This document shows positions 58,426 through 64,000 of a DNA stretch of 64,000 nucleotides, one piece after another. Origin of the DNA: an uncultured Chthonomonadaceae bacterium (GTDB taxonomy: Bacteria > Armatimonadota > Chthonomonadetes > Chthonomonadales > Chthonomonadaceae); assembly GCA_963835065.1 (NCBI GenBank), contig CAWIEK010000049.1, positions 160,001-224,000 of the forward strand, in the 5' to 3' direction. Both the position numbers and the translations under genes were made by a program. The notes below the pieces were generated by a model. It was given only the letters and a program-made list of their open reading frames with translations, ran no database searches and was not told the origin of the DNA. The number at the start of each line of letters is the position of its first letter. Within the stretch, counting starts at the first letter, position 1.

Positions 58426-58552
58426 GGTGTTTATGAAGCTTCAGGCGGGGCGTGTACGATAAATTATAACGCCGTATAGCCCGTGACTGTGGGACAGGAC
58501 GGGCTATCAGGGAAAATGGATGGCAGTCAGCGCGTTAGTTCCGGTAGGGAAC

Positions 58553-58834
58553 TCAGGCGGCTGCGACAGCGGCTTTGTTGGCGCGTTTCATCAAGCGGGA
58601 CTTGCGCCGGGAAGCCTGGTTTTTGTGGATGATGCCGCGCTCGGCGGTCTTGTCAATGGTTTTGCAGGCGAGACGAACGGCTTCCGCGCTGGCGGCAATG
58701 TCGCCCGCGCCCGCGTCAATGGCAACACGCGCTTTTTTGACAAACGTTTTCATCGCGGATTTGGCGGCGATATTGCGCAGATGGTTTTTGCGTGATTTGA
58801 TGACGTCTTTTTTGACGGATTTGATATTCGGCAC
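58553..58834 (-). CDS. rpsT: 30S ribosomal protein S20
   Basis: MPNIKSVKK..RN..KSAMKT..IDK..GIIHKNQASRRKSRL. Confidence 0.96.
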   Translation of the reverse strand: MPNIKSVKKDVIKSRKNHLRNIAAKSAMKTFVKKARVAIDAGAGDIAASAEAVRLACKTIDKTAERGIIHKNQASRRKSRLMKRANKAAVAAA

Positions 58835-58859
58835 AAGCGTACCCTCCTTTGAACGGTAG

Positions 58860-58889
58860 AGTATACCTTATTCCCGCCGCCTTTCGCAA
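58860..58889 (-). promoter_or_regulatory. Sigma-70 promoter of rpsT
   Basis: Minus strand TTGCGA-18 bp-TATACT, followed by SD aaggaggg. Confidence 0.6.
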
Positions 58890-59006
58890 GCGAAATTTCA
58901 GCCGGCATTTGGCGAATTTTTCGCTTGGCAAGTTTTTCTGTGGTTGCTATGCTTAGAGAAAGTGGCTTTTTACCTCGTTAGGCCGAACTGAGTGAAGGAT
59001 ATAACT

Positions 59007-61491
59007 ATGTTGCGTTGGAGGCGCGTTGCTGCGCGATACCTGGTCTTGTTGGTTGTTTGCCTGCTGGCGGTGATTGGAGCGGGGTGTTCGCGTACGCCGA
59101 ATGCGCCTGCAAAGGTGAAGCTGGTGGTATGGGGGCTGGAATATGGGGAAGAGAGTCAGGGATTGCGGGCGAAGGTGGCGGAGTTCGAGAAGCGGCATCC
59201 GAACATCGAAGTGAGCGTTTTGTCTATGGGCGCGGGTTCTATGAATCCGCAGAAGCTGATGACCGCGATTGTCGGGAACGTGCCGCCGGATGTCATTCAT
59301 CAGGATCGGTTCACGATTGGGGATTGGGCGTCACGGGATGCGTTTATGTCGCTGGACGGATTGTACAAGCGTGATCAGCAGCAGGCGGACGGCGTACATG
59401 AGACGGATTTTTACCCGGCCTGCTGGCGCGAAGCCAATTATACCGATCCGATTTCCGGCAAGTCCTCGTTGTTTGCCATTCCTGACAGTACGGACAATCG
59501 CCTGCTGCTGTACAATAAAACCCTGTTTCGGGAAGCGGGCATTGTAGACGCGAAGGGGGAACCCAAACCGCCGCAAACGTGGGAAGAACTGCTGGCAGAC
59601 GCCAAAAAACTGACGCGCGATAAGCCGGACGGCACGTATGACCAGATCGGCTTTATCCCGAACTATGGCAATGCGTGGCTGTACATTTACTCGTGGCAAA
59701 ATGACGGCGAGTTTATGTCAGCGGATGGCCGCACCTGTACGATGAACGCGAAGCCGAATGTGGAAGCGCTGGAGTACATGGTAAAGACGTATGACGCGCT
59801 TGGCGGCGTGGACAGGGTGACGGCGTTTCAGTCGGGCTTTCAAACGAATGAACTTGATCCGTTTCTGACGAACAAAGTGGCGATGAAGATTGACGGCTCG
59901 TGGGTTCCGCAGGGGATTGCGCGGTATGGGCCTGATCTTGACTTCGGGGTGGCTCCGGCTCCGGTTCCGGCTGCGCGGCTGCGGCATGAGGGCAAGTTCA
60001 AGGACGATAAAGATACGTTCGTGACGTGGGCGGGCGGGTATTCGTATGCGATTCCACAGGGCGCGAAGCATGTGGACGAAGCGTGGCAGTTCATCAAGTG
60101 GATGGTAAGCCCCGAAGCCGCCTTGATTGAAGCCCGCGCCACAAAAACGTACTTCGATACCAAAGAGCGAAAGTTTGTGCCGGGGCTGTCCGCGAACCGG
60201 AAGATCAATGCGGCGGTCTATGCGCAATACGCGCCTGAGTCCGCCAAATACCGCGATGCCATGCAGTTGTTTACGCAAATGATGGATCATGCGCGGTTCC
60301 GTCCCGTGACGTTTGTTGGGACAGCGGTTATGGGATGAACACGTTCGCGCCTTTGAGAACGCCACGCACCACGTAACAACAGGCAAAACGGCTCAGGAGG
60401 CAATGGACGAGGGTACGCAGGTTGTGCAGCGGGAATTGGACAAAGTTTTCGCCAAAAACCAGTACCAAAGGCTGTCTTCCGTCATTCCCCTTACGCTTGC
60501 CGCGCTTGCGGGATTGAGCGTTGTGAGTATTGTGGTTTGGCGATTGGTGATGCTGCGGCGGATGCGGCGGCTGTCGCGGCAGGAAGCGACGGCGGGGTAC
60601 GTGTTTGCCGCGCCGTGGATCATCGGGTTTGTCGTGCTGACGGCGGGGCCAATTCTGGTCAGTATCTTCCTGAGTTTCTGTGATTACGACGTGCTGCATC
60701 CGGCGCGGTTTGTGGGCATCAACAATTACGCCGACCTGCTTGGGCGCGACAGCTACTATTTGCGCGTGTCGCTGCAAAACGTGTTCTATCTGGCGGCTGT
60801 GGGTATCCCGTTGGGATTGTCTACAAGCCTTGCGATTGCGCTGCTGCTGAACGCGAAAGTGTCGGGCATGAGTTTGTACCGCACGTTCTTTTATGTGCCG
60901 GCGATTGTGCCGGTTGTGGCGAGCGCGGTGCTGTGGACGTGGATTTTGAACGCCGACCCGAATCGCGGCCTGCTGAACGCGGGCTGGCAGGTGACGCTTG
61001 GGCAGTGGTTTGGCTGGCAGCCTCCGGGATGGCTGGGCGCGGCGCAATGGGCAAAGCCTGCGTTGATTTTGAACGGGCTATGGGGAGCCGGGGCGGGCAT
61101 GATTTTGTGGCTGGCGGGCTTGCAGGGCGTTCCGACGCATTTGTACGAGGCCGCCGATCTGGACGGGGCGGGAACGCTGACGAAGTTTCGGCATGTGACG
61201 CTGCCCATGCTGTCGCCTTACATTCTGTTCAACCTGATTATGGGCACGATCAACGCGCTGCAGGAGTTTGACCGTCCCTATGTGCTTTCGGGCGGCGATC
61301 CGAGCAAGCCGATTGGCCCGGTAGACAGCCTGCTGCTGCCGGTGATGTATCTGTTCAAGAACGCCTTCCAGTATTTCAAGATGGGGTATGCGTCCGCGCT
61401 GGCATGGATTCTGTTCGTGATGATAATGGTACTGACAGTGACGCAGTTGAAGCTGGCGAAGCGTTGGGTGTACTACGAGTCGGAGAAGTAA
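59007..61491 (+). CDS. Sugar ABC solute-binding lipoprotein probably fused to a permease (apparent frameshift near 60319)
   Basis: Lipobox GAGC and family-1 SBP motifs; ORF 60313..61491 starts with the SBP C-terminal helix (AQEAMDEGTQVVQRELD), then a MalF-type permease (LYEAADLDGA). Confidence 0.8.
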
Positions 61492-61493
61492 TT

Positions 61494-61543
61494 ACCTCAC
61501 CCCCGGCCCCTCTCCTTGCCGCGCAACGCGCTAGGAGAGGGGA
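61494..61543 (+). repeat. REP-like palindromic element, copy C
   Basis: acctcacccccggcccctctccttgccgcgcaacgcgctaggagaggggg. Confidence 0.85.
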
Positions 61544-61596
61544 GAGTATTGTTTTCATCCGTAGTTAGCGTACTGAGGCAGCGTAAGTGAGGATAT

Positions 61597-61857
61597 ATGA
61601 AGATCACAACAGTAGCAAATTGTTTGAAGAATATACCTCTGCTTCGTTACATCAGAGACAATCAACCTACGGTAGAGGACTTGCTTGATTATCTTGGCCC
61701 ATCTCAATCGTGGTCAGTATCATTTGCTGCAGAAAAGAACAATTGCTGCATCCTCAACAATAATCGTGTTATTTTAACGCCACAATCTTGTTCCGAGGAG
61801 GTGGAAACACTTTTTTTATGCAGAATATACGATTGCATCTTGACAATGACAAAATAG
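61597..61857 (+). CDS. Small AT-rich hypothetical ORF (possible fragment)
   Basis: SD gagga before the ATG; visibly AT-richer than the flanks. Confidence 0.4.
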   Translation: MKITTVANCLKNIPLLRYIRDNQPTVEDLLDYLGPSQSWSVSFAAEKNNCCILNNNRVILTPQSCSEEVETLFLCRIYDCILTMTK

Positions 61858-62038
61858 ATTATTTTTAAGTCAGAATTGAGCGAATTGTCCTGATTGCCAA
61901 GAGTAAGACATAGCTTCCGATAATGCAACCGTATCGGAAGTTAAATATGTAATGTAAGAACATGTAGATGGATTGGTAAAAAATGTGTGCATCTATGTAT
62001 GGTCAGGTGTATAGACTTTTTGCACGAGGAATTTACTT

Positions 62039-62605
62039 ATGGGGCAGCGGCCTATTGCCATTCGTATCAAGGTTCCACGTCCTGATGCCGCTCATGACGA
62101 GTATGTTGTAGTTGGTGTGGCTGAGGCGGCTAGGCGCTTGGATGTCTCCGAAAGAACGGTATACAGACTGTTGAAAGCAGGCATTTTGGAGCGTGGTTCC
62201 CCTTCGTGCAATTCTGACAGTGGTGGCACTGATGACGCTCTAATGTCAGACAAAATGGGCAGTATAAACGGAGTTCGAGATACGGGTGCTATCGTCAAAA
62301 TGTCTACTATGTCTGACAATACTGCTGAAAATGGCAGTGTTGAACGTGATCCGCGTATTGAACATCTACAGCGTCAATTAGATTCTAAGGATGCTCAGAT
62401 TGCGCAATTGCTGGATGTGCAGCAGGAGTTGGCGCAAACTATCCGTCGGCTGCAGGAGCAAATGTACGAACTTGCGCACCTTGTTTTGACGCATAATGTT
62501 GCGGCGGCACAGGCCAAAGCGGAGGCGGAGTTGAAGGCGCAGCAGGAGCAGGCTAAGAATCGCGGCGGATTGACGGGATTGTTGGGCAGTCGTGGGCGAA
62601 GATAA
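62039..62605 (+). CDS. HTH (excisionase/MerR-like) + coiled-coil protein
   Basis: GVAEAARRLDVSERTVYRLLKAG HTH, long coiled coil, C-terminal GGLTGLLG; SD gagga. Confidence 0.8.
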   Translation: MGQRPIAIRIKVPRPDAAHDEYVVVGVAEAARRLDVSERTVYRLLKAGILERGSPSCNSDSGGTDDALMSDKMGSINGVRDTGAIVKMSTMSDNTAENGSVERDPRIEHLQRQLDSKDAQIAQLLDVQQELAQTIRRLQEQMYELAHLVLTHNVAAAQAKAEAELKAQQEQAKNRGGLTGLLGSRGRR

Positions 62606-62623
62606 CGTTAAAGAAGTGAGGGA

Positions 62624-63955
62624 TTGACAGCGTTGTTACTGAAAAGTTTGAATCCGGCGGCGTGGCTGCTTGGCATTGTGCTGTTGTATGCTTGTTTGGG
62701 CGGCGGGGCTGTTCTGCTGGCAATGGCAGTTCGGCTGAGAGTGAAGGCCCTACTTGCAGGCGTGGTCGGCGTTGTGCTGGCTGTTGTGTTGCTTTATGCG
62801 CTGCTTCCGCTTGCCGGATCGGGGCGGCTCGTGCTTGCCGGCATGGGCGCGGTGGCGCTGGAAGCGATTGTCTGGCGAGTTGCGATACGCCCGCGATTGG
62901 CGTGGCAGGATAAGAAGTTCGGCAAAGAGGCGGCGCGGCAGGTCAGCTTGCATCTGGTGCTGATTACGGGTTCCATTCTGTTCTTGATCCCGTTTGCGTG
63001 GCTGGTGTCCACGTCGCTGAAAGAGGATGCGGAAATGAGCAAGTTTCCGCCTGTCTGGATACCGACACAACAGATAAAGCAGGTCGTGGATGGACAGCCG
63101 CGCGGATTGGCGCTGACGACGTATAAGGGGCAGAGCGTTGAAGTTGCCGTGATGAAGGAGTATGAGACGGGGCAACGGCGCGTGCAGATTGTGAAACCGG
63201 GTGCTGTTGCGGGACAGTCTTTCGTATGTAAGAAAAGCGATCTGAAAGAAATACGGCATGTCGCGCCGGTTTGGAAGAATTACCCGGCTGCGCTGGAGTT
63301 TTTGCCGCCGGAAACAAATCACGGACTGGTGTTTTTGAAGAACACCCTGATTATTTCCGTGCTGAGTATCATAGGGACGTTGCTGTCGTCTTCGATGGTG
63401 GCATATAGTTTCGCGCGTCTGCGTTGGCCGGGAAAAGACGCGGTGTTTCTGGTGCTGCTGGCAACCATGATGCTGCCGGGCGCGGTGACGATGATGCCGC
63501 TGTTCCTGATCTTTCGGTCGTTAGGGTGGGTGGATACGCTGAAACCGCTGTGGGTTCCGACGTTCTTCGGTTCGGCATTCAACATCTTTTTGCTGCGGCA
63601 GTTCTTTATGACGATCCCGAACGAGCTGGAAGACGCGGCGAAGATTGACGGGTGTTCCTACTACACGATCTTCTGGCGGATCATGCTGCCGCAGGTGAAG
63701 CCGGCGCTGGCGGCGATTACGATTATGGCGTTCATGGCGGCGTGGAACAATTTTCAGGGGCCGCTGATTTACATCAGTTCGCCGGAAAATCAGCCACTCG
63801 CGTATGCGCTGCAATTGTTTCAGTCGGGACACAGCAGCGAGATGGGGCAGTTGATGGCGTTTTCCACGCTGGTGATGCTGCCGGTGCTGGTGCTGTTCTT
63901 CTTTTCGCAACGCTATTTCATTCAGGGAATCACGCTGACGGGCATTAAGGGCTGA
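62624..63955 (+). CDS. Carbohydrate ABC transporter permease (MalG-like) with N-terminal TM extension
   Basis: WLVSTSLK, LLRQFF..IPNELEDAAKIDG and FFFSQRYFIQG motifs. Confidence 0.92.
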   Translation: MTALLLKSLNPAAWLLGIVLLYACLGGGAVLLAMAVRLRVKALLAGVVGVVLAVVLLYALLPLAGSGRLVLAGMGAVALEAIVWRVAIRPRLAWQDKKFGKEAARQVSLHLVLITGSILFLIPFAWLVSTSLKEDAEMSKFPPVWIPTQQIKQVVDGQPRGLALTTYKGQSVEVAVMKEYETGQRRVQIVKPGAVAGQSFVCKKSDLKEIRHVAPVWKNYPAALEFLPPETNHGLVFLKNTLIISVLSIIGTLLSSSMVAYSFARLRWPGKDAVFLVLLATMMLPGAVTMMPLFLIFRSLGWVDTLKPLWVPTFFGSAFNIFLLRQFFMTIPNELEDAAKIDGCSYYTIFWRIMLPQVKPALAAITIMAFMAAWNNFQGPLIYISSPENQPLAYALQLFQSGHSSEMGQLMAFSTLVMLPVLVLFFFSQRYFIQGITLTGIKG

Positions 63956-64000
63956 CGCATGAGAATACCTATCGAGCAAGTTGATGAGGATCGCGCCCCG

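Noticed and set aside
61545..62620. Prophage or IS element
   Set aside because: No integrase, transposase, terminal inverted repeats or phage genes
1..64000. tRNA, rRNA, tmRNA, SRP or RNase P genes
   Set aside because: No recognisable conserved motifs or cloverleaf in the intergenic regions by eye; a covariance-model scan was not possible

Overview
64 kb of ordinary bacterial chromosome. The gene content suggests Armatimonadota, but this is inference only. It carries clpC, a YabN/MazG fusion, prsA, a flhG-fliA cluster, a class A PBP and two MoxR clusters. One same-strand run holds a GT4 glycosyltransferase, a deaminase, a BMP-type ABC transporter, a dual-domain PTPS and folE; folE contains a 216-aa intein at its zinc-ligand Cys. 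Further on are cdaA-cdaR divergent from a LysM-SH3-NlpC/P60 hydrolase, a cytochrome c/DUF2231 + two Tat Gfo/Idh/MocA + ApbE redox cluster, hicBA, an ArgRS with altered signature motifs, holA-rpsT, and a sugar ABC operon interrupted by an HTH/coiled-coil gene. About ten single-base frameshifts, including one in clpC, look like uncorrected long-read errors. Intergenic DNA is rich in several small repeat families (REP-like hairpins, 7/8-mer and 10-mer tandem arrays), and one such element sits in frame inside an ABC ATPase. I found no CRISPR array, rRNA, tRNA or transposase. All family calls come from motif recognition, not database searches.
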